DNA of 64,000 nucleotides from Gemmatimonas sp. (GTDB taxonomy: Bacteria > Gemmatimonadota > Gemmatimonadetes > Gemmatimonadales > Gemmatimonadaceae), in contig OZ257156.1 in the NCBI GenBank assembly GCA_965279375.1, forward strand, positions 1,632,001 through 1,696,000, given 5' to 3'. The position numbers and the translations under genes are program-made. Shown here in pieces: positions 46,102 to 57,310 of this stretch (positions are counted from its first letter, which is position 1; every line of letters starts with the position of its first letter). A model generated the notes under the pieces. The model saw nothing but the letters and a program-made list of their open reading frames with translations, was not told the origin of the DNA and made no database searches.

Positions 46102-47205
46102 CTACGGCTTGAGTGCGCGCAGCGCGTCGGCGACGGCGTCGAGGCAGTGGGTGAGCCCCTCCACCGTGTGATCGCCCATGTGTCCGATGCGGAACGACGT
46201 CGCCTTCACCTTGCCATAGCCACCGCCAATCACGAAGCCGCGTTCGGCGACGGCCTTCACCAACGCCTCACCACCGATGCCCGCAGGAAGCGCGATGGCC
46301 GTGACTGTTGGTGAGCGTAGTCCGTCGAGCGCGCCGATGCACATCGGGACGTCGATGGCTTCGCGGGTGCGCACAAGCCACGCCTGCGTCAGCTGCTGCA
46401 TGGCCGCATGCCGAGCCCAGCGGGCTTCGATCCCTTCGCGGGCAATCGCTTCGCCCTGCAGCAGCGTGGCGTAGAGCAGCGAGATGGCGGGTGTGTTGGG
46501 TGTCTGGTTCTTGTGCGCGTAGTGCTCGAACTCGAGCACGTCGAAGTAGCGACCGCGTGCGGTGGAGTGCTTCGCGCGCTCGAGAAAGCGTTCGGATACG
46601 ACCGCGAACGCGAGCCCCGGCGGCAACGCGAGCGCCTTTTGGGAGCCCGTGAGCACGACGTCCAGGTCCCATGCGTCCGTCTCGACGGGTGCGCCGGCGA
46701 TGCCGGTCACGCTGTCCACGAGCACGAGCACGTCGTGTGCGCGCGCCAGCTTGGCGATGGGCGCGAGATCGGTGAGTGCGCCGGTGCTCGTTTCGGAGTG
46801 CACAACGGTGAGCGCCGAGTAGCGCTTGGCCTTGAGTGCCGTTTCGATCTGGTCAAGCGCGACGACGTCGCCCCACGGCGCGACGAGTTCGGTGACCTCG
46901 CGGTCGCAGGCGCGCGCGATGTCGGCGAAGCGTTCGGAGAAGGCGCCGTTGACCAGCGACAGGATGGGGCCCGGCGGCGAGCATCGCACCGCCATCTCCA
47001 TGAAGCCCGTGGCCGACGACGTGCTCACGTAAACCGGGCGGGTGGTGCGAAAGATCGGCTGCAGCGAAGCGACTACACGCGCAAACATCGACTCGAACGC
47101 CGCACCGCGATGCGGGAGCATCGGTGCAAGCATCGCTTCGAGAACTTCGCGGCGAACTTCTGTGGGTCCCGGAAGAAAGAACGTCCCGAATGCCGGCGCG
47201 GTCAT
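46102..47205 (-). CDS. Class-V aminotransferase (serine-pyruvate type; likely phosphoserine aminotransferase role)
   Basis: FLPGPT, HSETSTG, VDSVT, GSQKALALPPG, FRIGHMG; in the serA cluster. Confidence 0.88.
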   Translation of the reverse strand: MTAPAFGTFFLPGPTEVRREVLEAMLAPMLPHRGAAFESMFARVVASLQPIFRTTRPVYVSTSSATGFMEMAVRCSPPGPILSLVNGAFSERFADIARACDREVTELVAPWGDVVALDQIETALKAKRYSALTVVHSETSTGALTDLAPIAKLARAHDVLVLVDSVTGIAGAPVETDAWDLDVVLTGSQKALALPPGLAFAVVSERFLERAKHSTARGRYFDVLEFEHYAHKNQTPNTPAISLLYATLLQGEAIAREGIEARWARHAAMQQLTQAWLVRTREAIDVPMCIGALDGLRSPTVTAIALPAGIGGEALVKAVAERGFVIGGGYGKVKATSFRIGHMGDHTVEGLTHCLDAVADALRALKP

Positions 47206-47873
47206 GCCGTTTCCTTGAGCAGCAGGTCGTGCAGCGCGGAGAAGTCACGAGCCTCGGCGTCGGCGACGGCGACCACGTTGGGGCGACGCGCCACACCCGT
47301 GTAGGCGATGAAGCTGTTGGAGAGGCCGCGCACGGCCGCGTCGGTGGAGCCGTCGCCCACCATCACCATCGGCTTCGGCAACTTGAGGTTAAAGAGCGTG
47401 GCCGGCTTGCCGCGCTGCGTGGCGAGCGGTTGCTCGCCATCGAGACCGATGTAGCGATCGTCATCGTCGAAGCGCAGCGAGACGGCGTGGACGCGAGAGG
47501 GTGGCACCTCGAGATACTCCGCCAGTGGCAGGATCGCTTCGCGCAGACCGCCGCTGAGCAGCGTGACTTCGCTGCCCGACTGAGCCAGTACCGCGCAGAG
47601 TGCGCGCGCGCCGGGCTGCACGGCTTTTACGTAGGCGTGGCCGAGTGCGGCGACTTCGATGCGCGTGGGGCGAATGATCGCGAGGCGTTCGGCGTAGACC
47701 GACTCGAGCGGGATTTCGCCGGCCATCGCACGATCGGTCAGCGCGGTGATCTCGCGCGCGACCTCCTCCCCGCGCAGAGCGGCGAGCCAGTCGATGCCTT
47801 CGAGCGACGTGAGCGTGGAATCGACGTCGAGCACCACGGACGCAAAGCGCGCCTTGGACTGCGTGATCGTCAC
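47202..47873 (-). CDS. serB: Phosphoserine phosphatase-like HAD-IB hydrolase
   Basis: DVDSTL...EGID.LA, T.RAM.G, SGG, K, MVGDGSTD; GTGA overlap with the upstream gene. Confidence 0.8.
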   Translation of the reverse strand: MTITQSKARFASVVLDVDSTLTSLEGIDWLAALRGEEVAREITALTDRAMAGEIPLESVYAERLAIIRPTRIEVAALGHAYVKAVQPGARALCAVLAQSGSEVTLLSGGLREAILPLAEYLEVPPSRVHAVSLRFDDDDRYIGLDGEQPLATQRGKPATLFNLKLPKPMVMVGDGSTDAAVRGLSNSFIAYTGVARRPNVVAVADAEARDFSALHDLLLKETA

Positions 47874-49288
47874 AGAACGTTTCCGGGTGCGAGGATGCCG
47901 TGTGGGTCGAACTCGTGCTTGAGCGCGCGAATGACCCGCTGCTGCGCATCGCTGGCCTGCAGCGGGAGCCACTTGCGTTTGATCTTGCCGATGCCGTGCT
48001 CCGCGGCGACGGTGCCGCCCATGGCCACGACCTCGCGCAGCGTTGCCGCCACGACCGCTTCGATGCGGACCAATTCGGTGGCGTCGTGCGCGATGAAATT
48101 CTGGTGCGGATGACCGTTGCCCGCGTGTCCGTACGCGACGGCTTGTGGCACGCCGTGTTGGTCGGCGATGGCGCGCGCGATGCGCAGGGCGTCGGCGAGC
48201 TTGGGATACGGGACGGCCCAATCCGTGGAGACTTTCCGTCCACCGGCGGGGCGGCAGACAGCACCGCGTTCGTTCATGGTGGCGGGCACCGCATGTCGCA
48301 TGCGACGTGCGTCGCGCAACGGCGCCGGCGCGTCGTACACCTTGATGTCGGACGCCATCGCGTGATGCGCTTCCGCGAGTTCGAGCCACGCGTCGAGCGG
48401 CAGCTCGTCGTCGGCGGTGGCTTCGTTGGCGCCGGTTTCTTCCACGTAGACCATCGCCTGCGCGTCGGCGGCCCAGCCGGTGCTGCCTTCTGCAGCGCGC
48501 GCGATCGTCATGGCGCGTTCGTCGAAGAATTCGAGGCAGCGCGGATAGACGTTGGGTGAACGACGTGCGGCCACCACAAAGGCCAGCGCGTCAGCTTCGC
48601 GCGCGAACGGCACCGCGAGTCCCAGCACCTGCGCGGGCAGTGGCAGCAGTCCGAGTTCCGCTTCCACCACAACGCCGAGCGTGCCTTCGCTGCCGATGAA
48701 CCATTCGACGGGGTCGTGCGCGATGGGATAACCGACGGTGTTCTTCTCGAGAGCAGGTCGGCGCAGTTCGAGGCGTTCGCCGTCGGCGGTGAGTACCGTC
48801 AGCGCGCGTACATGCGGACCCGTGGCGCCGTAGCGCAACGAGCGTGCGCCGGATGCATTGCAGGCGATGGCACCACCTACGGTGGACTCTTCTTCGCTGG
48901 TGGGGTCGGGCGTGAAGAGCAATCCAACCGCTTCTGCCGCGCGGCGTACATCGGCCACGACGGCACCGGCACCGACGCGAATGGAGCGGGCGTCGGTGTC
49001 CACCTCGTGCATGTGCGACAGGCCGCGCATGGAGAGCAGCAACCCGCTGTCCACGATGGACGCGCCGGTGGTGCTCGACTGCATGCCGGCCGGCGTGACG
49101 TGAGTGCGCGAGGCATTCGCCTCGCGCAGCAGCGCTGCCACCTCCTCGATCGATGCCGGACGCACGACGCCCTCCGGCACGAGCTCGAGGCCGGACGCAT
49201 CACGCGCGTACGCGCGACGCACATCGAGATCACGCTCGATGGCGGGGGTGTCCGAACTCGTTGGCAGGTGCGGTGCGGTAGCAGTCAT
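47870..49288 (-). CDS. FAD-linked oxidase (GlcD / D-2-hydroxyacid dehydrogenase family)
   Basis: PDPTS, GGAIACNASG..S.RYG, KNTVGY, IGSEGTLG, GHAGNGHPH, AEHGIGK, DP.GIL.PG. Confidence 0.9.
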   Translation of the reverse strand: MTATAPHLPTSSDTPAIERDLDVRRAYARDASGLELVPEGVVRPASIEEVAALLREANASRTHVTPAGMQSSTTGASIVDSGLLLSMRGLSHMHEVDTDARSIRVGAGAVVADVRRAAEAVGLLFTPDPTSEEESTVGGAIACNASGARSLRYGATGPHVRALTVLTADGERLELRRPALEKNTVGYPIAHDPVEWFIGSEGTLGVVVEAELGLLPLPAQVLGLAVPFAREADALAFVVAARRSPNVYPRCLEFFDERAMTIARAAEGSTGWAADAQAMVYVEETGANEATADDELPLDAWLELAEAHHAMASDIKVYDAPAPLRDARRMRHAVPATMNERGAVCRPAGGRKVSTDWAVPYPKLADALRIARAIADQHGVPQAVAYGHAGNGHPHQNFIAHDATELVRIEAVVAATLREVVAMGGTVAAEHGIGKIKRKWLPLQASDAQQRVIRALKHEFDPHGILAPGNVL

Positions 49289-49302
49289 GCGGTAGCCGTC
49301 AT
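49275..49302 (-). repeat. 14-bp tandem duplication of the start-codon region
   Basis: Minus strand ATGACGGCTACCGC ATGACTGCTACCGC. Confidence 0.75.
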
Positions 49303-49338
49303 GCGGTTCAGCGAGTTGGTGCGCGTGGCCTGACGTGT

Positions 49339-50946
49339 TCAGTCCGTACGGAAATGTACGATGCTGGCCGACACGATATCCGGCAGTTCGAGCAGCGCCC
49401 GACGTGTCGCTTCGTCCACCTCACCGTCCACCGATACCGCAGCCAACGCATCGCCGCCCTGCGCCAGACGCGCCTGGTGATACTCGGCGATGTTCACGTG
49501 ACGCTCACCCAACAGCGTTCCCACGCGACCGATCACGCCGGGCACGTCCTTGTTGGTGAGAATGAGCAGCGTTTCCTTGGGGTTCACGTCCACATGGAAC
49601 GAGCCGATGCGCGTGAGCCGTGGCGAGCTGCCCTCCGGTGCGCATCCGGTAACAGCGAGCTGTTGCATGCCGCCGGAGAGCGCGACTTCCACCGCGCGCG
49701 GGTTGCCGAGTTCGCTGGATTCGCCGACGCTGAGTTCGATGCCGCGCGCTTCCGCGAGACTGCGCGCGTTGATGAGGTTCAGGCGATCGGACTCGATGAC
49801 GCCTTCGAGCACGCCAGTCGCGGCCGCGGCGAGCAACGCCTGCGAGCCGTGCGCGAGTTCAGGGCTGACGCGCAACGACACCCGACGCACCGCGCGCATT
49901 CCCTGATCGGCGAGCACCGCGCGCGCCACGGCGGCGGCGCGACGCGCCACGAGCATGGCGGCGTGGAGATCGGCCCACCCTTCGCTTCCTGCGGCGACGT
50001 TGATCGAGCGCGACAGATCCTTGTGCAGCAGTGCGTCGCGCACGGCGATGCATACATCGCGCGCCACGTTGCGCTGCGCTTCGACCGTGCTGGCACCCAG
50101 GTGCGGCGTAAGCAGCAGGTTGTGCGCTTTCCGCAGTGGACTGTCGACGGCCAGCGGCTCCACTGAATAGGCGTCGAGCACGGCGCCGCGCAGCTGATCG
50201 GTTTCGAGCGCCGCCAGCAGTGCGGCTTCATCGACGATGCCACCGCGAGCGAGGTTGGCCACAACGGAGCGCGACGGAAGACGGCTCAACTCACGCTTGC
50301 CGATCATGCCGCGCGTTTCGTCGGTGAGCGGCGTGTGGATCGTGAGGATGTTCGTTTCCGCGAGCAACGCGTCGAGCGTCACGGCGCGACGCACGCGCAG
50401 CGCGGTGAAGCGCTCATCGGCGACATACGGATCGTACGCGACGACCTGCATGCCGAATGCGTGGGCGCGCGTGGCCACTTCGCCGCCGATGCGCCCTAAC
50501 CCGACAATGCCGAGCGTCTTGCCCTTGAGCTCACGACCGAGAAACAGCGAACGATCCCAGCGCCCTTCCGCCATGCTCTGCGCCGCCGTGGGCAACTGTC
50601 GCAGCAGCCCGATGACGGTACCGAAGAACAGTTCGGCGACGGCGATCGTGTTACCGGCCGGCGCATTGATGATCGCGACGCCCAACGACGTGGCGACATC
50701 GAGCGCGATGTTGTCCACGCCCACGCCGGCTCGGCCCACGACACGCAGTTTGGTCGCGTGTTGCAGCAGCTCGGCGGAGATGCGCGTCGCGCTCCGTCCG
50801 ACGATCGCGTCGTAGTCGGGGATGCGCCGCAGCAGCTCGTCCTTGGGGAGCGTGGGCACTTCATCGACGACCAGCTCGGGTTCGGCGAGCAGCAGCGCGA
50901 CGCCTTCCGGATCGACTTCGTCAGTTACGAGGACACGATACGTCAT
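49339..50946 (-). CDS. serA: D-3-phosphoglycerate dehydrogenase (type I, ASB + ACT domains)
   Basis: RAGVGVDNI, NAPAGNT, GLGRIG, HTPLT, NLARG, TPHLGASTVEAQ, NKDVPGVIG. Confidence 0.95.
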   Translation of the reverse strand: MTYRVLVTDEVDPEGVALLLAEPELVVDEVPTLPKDELLRRIPDYDAIVGRSATRISAELLQHATKLRVVGRAGVGVDNIALDVATSLGVAIINAPAGNTIAVAELFFGTVIGLLRQLPTAAQSMAEGRWDRSLFLGRELKGKTLGIVGLGRIGGEVATRAHAFGMQVVAYDPYVADERFTALRVRRAVTLDALLAETNILTIHTPLTDETRGMIGKRELSRLPSRSVVANLARGGIVDEAALLAALETDQLRGAVLDAYSVEPLAVDSPLRKAHNLLLTPHLGASTVEAQRNVARDVCIAVRDALLHKDLSRSINVAAGSEGWADLHAAMLVARRAAAVARAVLADQGMRAVRRVSLRVSPELAHGSQALLAAAATGVLEGVIESDRLNLINARSLAEARGIELSVGESSELGNPRAVEVALSGGMQQLAVTGCAPEGSSPRLTRIGSFHVDVNPKETLLILTNKDVPGVIGRVGTLLGERHVNIAEYHQARLAQGGDALAAVSVDGEVDEATRRALLELPDIVSASIVHFRTD

Positions 50947-51058
50947 GCGGACAGTCTGGGAGATGATGATGCTCGTCGCGCCGAACGTCGGACACGCGCA
51001 CCATCAATGGATACTCGGCTACGACGCTCGGCGGCAGCGTGCCGCGCGAGCGGAGTGC

Positions 51059-51607
51059 CTATCTCCCGAAATCGTTGCGTCCGAGGGCGCCGCGCAGGTT
51101 CTCGCGCATGGCGACGATGAGATCGTCCCGAGCGGCCGGTGAATCGTCGCGGACGTGGAGCTCAACGCCATCGGCGATGGAGACGCGTCGCCAAGAGGCG
51201 GTGCTGCCGTTCTCCTTGGCCACGATCGGGTCGAGCTGCAGCGTCAGCGCTGGTGCCAGCGAGGCAGCTACGCGCCGTTCGAGCGAATCGCCGGTGACTT
51301 CCCGCATCTCCGACTTGATCGCGTCCAGCGTTTGTCCTTCCCGCTGACGAATCTTGATCGCGAGGAGCTGGAGCAGATGGCGATAGCCGTACGTGGCCGC
51401 GGTACCCGCGCCTTCGGGGCGATCGAGCAGCCCGTTGGCTACGTAGAAGCGGACAGCGCGCGCACTTGGCATCGCACGGGCCGACGCATTGGTCGGCTTC
51501 ATGCCAGCGGCATCCACGAGGGAGGCCGCGTGTGCGGCGAGTCCACGAGCATTGAATGGAGCGTGGCGCGCGTGGGCGCGCAGGAGCGGAACAGGGGACT
51601 CGGCCAT
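51059..51607 (-). CDS. MerR-like HTH protein
   Basis: ARAVRFYVANGLLDRP.G.G..A.YGYRHLLQL; W.R..I..GVELHVR C-terminus. Confidence 0.8.
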   Translation of the reverse strand: MAESPVPLLRAHARHAPFNARGLAAHAASLVDAAGMKPTNASARAMPSARAVRFYVANGLLDRPEGAGTAATYGYRHLLQLLAIKIRQREGQTLDAIKSEMREVTGDSLERRVAASLAPALTLQLDPIVAKENGSTASWRRVSIADGVELHVRDDSPAARDDLIVAMRENLRGALGRNDFGR

Positions 51608-51689
51608 GGGACGCGGAATATACGGGCAATCCGAAGCACCGCGAGCAGGGCGGCCGAATCTCCCGATCACGCGTCCGGTGGACAGCCGG

Positions 51690-52556
51690 TCAGAGCTTGA
51701 CCCCGAGGAACTTGAGGAGCGCGGCCGCGAACAAGTCCGGGCATTCCTCGTGCGGGAGGTCGCCGGCCGGGAAGACTTCGAACGGAGCCTCGGGACGAAG
51801 CCCGTGCACCTGAGCTGCTTCCTTGAAGGGCGTCTGGGCGGCGAACTGGCCCCAGGCCAGCATGAACGGTCGCGGCATGGCGACCAAATCGTGCCGAATG
51901 TCGTGATTGAGCCGCATGCCGACAAAGGCGGCCGGTGCGAAACGGGCGTTGTGCTGTCTCGCGCTCTCCCAATAAAGATTTACCACGCGGTCGGACATCA
52001 TGGAGCGGTCGTGGTAGATGTCCTTCAGGAAGAAGCGGATGCTCGGCTTGGAGACGAGCGCCGAGAAGAGCGCGGTGCCGGGGACGTTGCTGCGGAAGAG
52101 CCCCTGCACCACAGAGCCGGCGGCGCCACCATAGTTGTAGAGCCGCGAGACACCGGCCGGACCGATCGCCGAGACAGCGCTGACGAGCTCCGGATGCGCA
52201 GCCGCGATGGCGATGAGGTATGTGCCCCCGAGCGAGGAGCCGACCAGCACGGCGGGCTGTCCGATGACGTCTCGCAGGAAATCGGTCAGCAGCTCGATGT
52301 AGAGCGTGGCGGTGTAGTGCAGCTCCGGGTGCGCCGACGCGCCGAAGCCGAGCAAGTCGATGCTGTAGGTGGTGTAGTGCTGTGCGAGCACCGGCACGAC
52401 GTCGCGCCATTCCATGGACCAAGCGCACGCATGGATGGAGTGAACGAGCAGCATCGGCGGGCCTTCACCGCGCTGGACATAGGCGATGTCATGACCGCGC
52501 CAGGTGTAGTGGCGTCGTTCACCGCCGATCGGATTGGGCAGCGCGTTCATGGGCAT
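51690..52556 (-). CDS. Alpha/beta hydrolase
   Basis: LLVHS, DLLGFGAS, GSSLGG, PHEE. Confidence 0.88.
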   Translation of the reverse strand: MPMNALPNPIGGERRHYTWRGHDIAYVQRGEGPPMLLVHSIHACAWSMEWRDVVPVLAQHYTTYSIDLLGFGASAHPELHYTATLYIELLTDFLRDVIGQPAVLVGSSLGGTYLIAIAAAHPELVSAVSAIGPAGVSRLYNYGGAAGSVVQGLFRSNVPGTALFSALVSKPSIRFFLKDIYHDRSMMSDRVVNLYWESARQHNARFAPAAFVGMRLNHDIRHDLVAMPRPFMLAWGQFAAQTPFKEAAQVHGLRPEAPFEVFPAGDLPHEECPDLFAAALLKFLGVKL

Positions 52557-52837
52557 GAATGGACACGAAGGTGCGAGACTGTGACAGTTGGCGTCTGCGG
52601 GGTGACACCTGCTCCAGACGATCCAATGTCCGTTCCGGCACCGGTGCCCAGCGGGCGGGTGCTCAGCGCGAGTGTGCAGAGTACGAGTACACGAGATTGA
52701 TCGCTGCGATGCGCCAGGCCGAACGAGTGACACTCCCCAGCATCACCCACCACCCAACCGGACGACCTGACGCGCTATCGCTGCGGCAATCTCAGAACTG
52801 TTCCTGCACTCGCTTCATTGTCCATTTCGCGCCCTAC

Positions 52838-53248
52838 TTACGCGCCGGCGCTCATCGCGAAGGCTGTTTTCACATCGGCGGCGGCGGCGTGCTGAGCAAT
52901 CGTCGCGAGGTCTACGGGCTTTTCCAGAAAGTGCAGCGCCCCGAGTCGGAGCGAGGCCTGCCGGTTGGAGTCGTCCGGGTAGGCGGTCAGCACGAGAACC
53001 GTGGCGTCCGGCGAGAGCATGCCGGCGAGGGCCATCACCTGGAGACCGCCATCGCGCTTCCCGCCAAGGCGAAGGTCGGTGACGATGAGATCGAAACGCT
53101 GCAGTCGGAGCTTTTCGAGCGCGTCCGGGAGCAGTTCTGCGGAGGAGACGGCATTTCCTTCGACGTCGAAGAGCTCGACGAGGACGTCGCGGATGGACTG
53201 TTCGTCTTCGACGACGAGGACATGCTTGGGCTGCTGAGTCGAGGGCAT
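52838..53248 (-). CDS. Single-domain response regulator
   Basis: VVEDE, DLIVTDLRL, LTAY, EKP. Confidence 0.92.
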   Translation of the reverse strand: MPSTQQPKHVLVVEDEQSIRDVLVELFDVEGNAVSSAELLPDALEKLRLQRFDLIVTDLRLGGKRDGGLQVMALAGMLSPDATVLVLTAYPDDSNRQASLRLGALHFLEKPVDLATIAQHAAAADVKTAFAMSAGA

Positions 53249-53363
53249 GTCTGTTCTTAGGGCGAGAATCGCGCCATTGGCGTCGATTGACGCGCTACTC
53301 GCGTAATGCGTTGCCAGACAGTGATTTACATTGTACGCGCGCCTGCTATCGCGACGACGGAAA

Positions 53364-53424
53364 CTGACCGATAATCGGTCAGATCACGCTAGGTGTCCGA
53401 AAAACAGTGACCGATTGTCGGTCG
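53364..53424. promoter_or_regulatory. Paired palindromic activator-binding sites
   Basis: CTGACCGAT-A-ATCGGTCAG (53364-53382) and TGACCGA-TTG-TCGGTCG (53408-53424), 43 bp apart. Confidence 0.65.
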
Positions 53425-53425
53425 T

Positions 53426-54786
<1,361 letters not shown>

Positions 54787-54790
<4 letters not shown>

Positions 54791-56340
54791 GCCGGTACCA
54801 GTGCGGGAAGCGTCAGCGTGACGACGGTGCCGGCTTCGGCGCTGCTGTCGATGTGAATGCTGCCACTGTGCTCGTCCATGATGCGCTGGCAGAGTGCGAG
54901 CCCGATCCCCGAGCCGCCGGTCTTGGTGGAGTAGAAAAACTCGAAGACGTGTGGCAGTACATCGGGCGGGATGGCGGGTCCGCCGTTCACAAGGCGGCAG
55001 CGAAATCCGCCAGCCGGAGAGAGCTGCGCGATGAGCTGCAGCTCGCTCCCCTCGGGCGCGGCGTCGCAGGCGTTCACGAGCACGTTGCGACAGACCTGCC
55101 CGAACTGCTCGAGATCGATCAGGGCACGAACAGGCGTCTCCATGCGCACGCGTCGCAGCGTGAGATGCTTCCCCTCGATGCGTCCGCGTTCGCCTTCGAG
55201 AATGTCATCCCAGACCAGTTCGGGATCATTGGCCACGAGATGCGCGGCGTTGGGACGTCCGAACTCCAGCAGCGAGGTGACCATGCGATTGAGTCGCTCC
55301 ACCTCGCGCAGAATGCGACCGACGTTCTTCTCCACGACAGGATCTTCGCGACTGCGGAACTGCAGCAGCTGCGCAGCGGAGGAGATGCCGAAGAGCGGAT
55401 TGCGCAGTTCATGCGCCACGCCGGCCGCAACTTCGCCGATGGCTTCGAGTCGGCGCTTTTGCTCCACGCGCTCCACCAGCCACGCGCGTTCGATCGCGAC
55501 GGCCGTTTGCGCCGCGACCACGGCGAGCACGCGTTCGGCTTCCTCGAGCGCCTGTTCCGATTCGATCGGTTCGGCGCAGAGCGTGATGGCGCCGAGTACC
55601 CCTTCCGCGCTGACGAGTGGCGCGGTGATTTCGAGGCCAGCGTCGGTGTGCTCACGAATGACGTGTCCCTTGGCCAGCGCATCGAGCCACGTGCGCAGCA
55701 GCCGCTGTTCGAGCTGCGCCGGCTTCTGCTCGTCTTCGTAGCCCTGCCGATGCGTGATGCGGAACTCCGCCGTGTCATCGTCGGCGAGCGCGATGAGAAA
55801 TCCGGTGGACGGCACCGCGCGACGGAGCTGATGCGCGACTTCGGCGTAGACCTGATCGAGCGCGATCGCTTCGGCGAGTGCCATGCCGGTGTTCAGCAGT
55901 GCTTCGCGCGAGCGATGGCTTGGGGTGATATCCACCGTCGAGAAGACGAAGCCGGTGATATCGGTGCCGTCGTCGAGTGCGGTGACCTGCATGAGGAACA
56001 CGCGCTCCTCGGTGGGGGAGCTGCACGGAAACTCCCAGCGCACCACCGGCACCACTCGATTGCGCAGCAGGCTCATGGCGCGCTCGATCTGATCGCGCGA
56101 TGCCTCGTCGGCCACGCCGTCAAAGACGGAGCGCCCGCAGACGGAGGCTTCCATCGCGAGCAGTGGTGCGCCGTTCTCGATGGCGAAGCGCGACCACGAG
56201 CCGTTGGCCGACGTGATCGTGCCGGCGAGGTCGACCGACCAGACGGTGAGCGGCAGTGCGTCGAGGACGCGCCGAGCGAAGGGCGCTGACTCGAGGTTGG
56301 TGCGTGTGCTACTGCTGGTACTGGGTTCCATGGCGGTCAC
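54787..56340 (-). CDS. PAS-GAF sensor histidine kinase
   Basis: AHELRNPL H-box, NVLVNACDA, FYSTK..GSGIGL; GTGA overlap with the regulator. Confidence 0.92.
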
Positions 56341-56364
56341 CGGAGCAAGTTACCGCTATCAACG

Positions 56365-56398
56365 CGAACAGGGGCGCGAAGATCCGCGCCCCTGTTCG
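56365..56398 (-). terminator. Hairpin after the histone-like gene
   Basis: CGAACAGGGGCGCG-aagatc-CGCGCCCCTGTTCG. Confidence 0.7.
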
Positions 56399-56425
56399 TC
56401 ATGCTGCGTTGGTACCGCCGATGAT

Positions 56426-57310
56426 TCAGCGGCCCTTCTTCTTGGCCGCCTTCTTGGGAGCGGCCTTCTTCGGGGCGGCCTTCTTGGGTGCTGCCTTTTT
56501 CACCGCCGCCTTCTTCACCGGTGCCGCTTTCTTGGGCGCGGCCTTCTTGGCCGGCGCCGCCTTCTTGGCGGGAGCAGCCTTCTTGGCCGGAGCCGCCTTC
56601 TTTGCCGGCGCGGCCTTCTTGGCCGGAGCCGCCTTCTTTGAAGGTGCGGCCTTCTTTGCCCCCGGTGCAGCCTTCTTGGCGGGAGCCGCCTTTTTCGCTG
56701 GCGCCGCCTTCTTGGCCGGCGGTGCAGCCTTGACCGGCGCGGCCTTCACGGGAGCAGCCTTAGCTGGAGCAGCAGCCTTGGCGGGCGCCTCCTTCTTGGC
56801 GGGCGCGGCCTTCTTGGCGGCAGGCTTGGGCGCAGCAGCAGCCGGTGCTTCGGCAACCACAGGTGCAGCCTTAGGTGCCTTGGGGGCCTTGGGCGGCTTG
56901 GGTGCCGCGACGGGCTTGGGCTCGGGCTCCGCAGGCGCGGCCGGCGGCGCGGGCGCCTCTTCGACCTTGGGCGGCATCACGGCCTTCAGCTTGGGCGCCG
57001 GCTTCTGCGCACCAGGGTTTTTGGGAGGACGGCCGGGGCCGCGACGCACGATCGGACGGCCGAAGAGATCGTCCTCGTCGTCTTCGTCGTCGATGGCCTC
57101 TTCCTCGAAGCCGTCGTCCTCATCGTCATCGTCATCGTCGTCGGTGTCGTCCGCGCTGTCCCACAGGCTGTCGCCGTCGTCAGAGGGGAGGCCGTATCCG
57201 TCCTCCTCGTCGTCTTCGTCGTAAGACGAGCCGCCGTATCCCCCCAGATCATACAGTTCGTCGCGATCCATGAACTGGAGCTCTTCAGACTTCTCGTCAC
57301 CACGCGGCAT
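56426..57310 (-). CDS. Histone H1-like protein: acidic N-terminus, AT-hook, PAKKAA repeats
   Basis: AGGAGGAGG RBS; D/E tract, RRGPGRPPK, many APAKKA repeats. Confidence 0.85.
   Translation of the reverse strand: MPRGDEKSEELQFMDRDELYDLGGYGGSSYDEDDEEDGYGLPSDDGDSLWDSADDTDDDDDDDEDDGFEEEAIDDEDDEDDLFGRPIVRRGPGRPPKNPGAQKPAPKLKAVMPPKVEEAPAPPAAPAEPEPKPVAAPKPPKAPKAPKAAPVVAEAPAAAAPKPAAKKAAPAKKEAPAKAAAPAKAAPVKAAPVKAAPPAKKAAPAKKAAPAKKAAPGAKKAAPSKKAAPAKKAAPAKKAAPAKKAAPAKKAAPAKKAAPKKAAPVKKAAVKKAAPKKAAPKKAAPKKAAKKKGR

Noticed and set aside
52558..52826. AATGGACA...TGTCCATT inverted ends suggesting a MITE
   Set aside because: Only 8 bp are perfect, no target duplication is seen and there is no second copy in the window.
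53278..53316. Sigma54 -24/-12 candidates TGGCAACGCATTACGC (-) and TGGCGTCGATTGACGC (+)
   Set aside because: Both give GG-N11-GC rather than the required GG-N10-GC spacing.
56256..57224. 322-aa plus-strand ORF with AAFLAG repeats
   Set aside because: Antisense shadow of the PAKKAA-repeat gene, which has the RBS and terminator.
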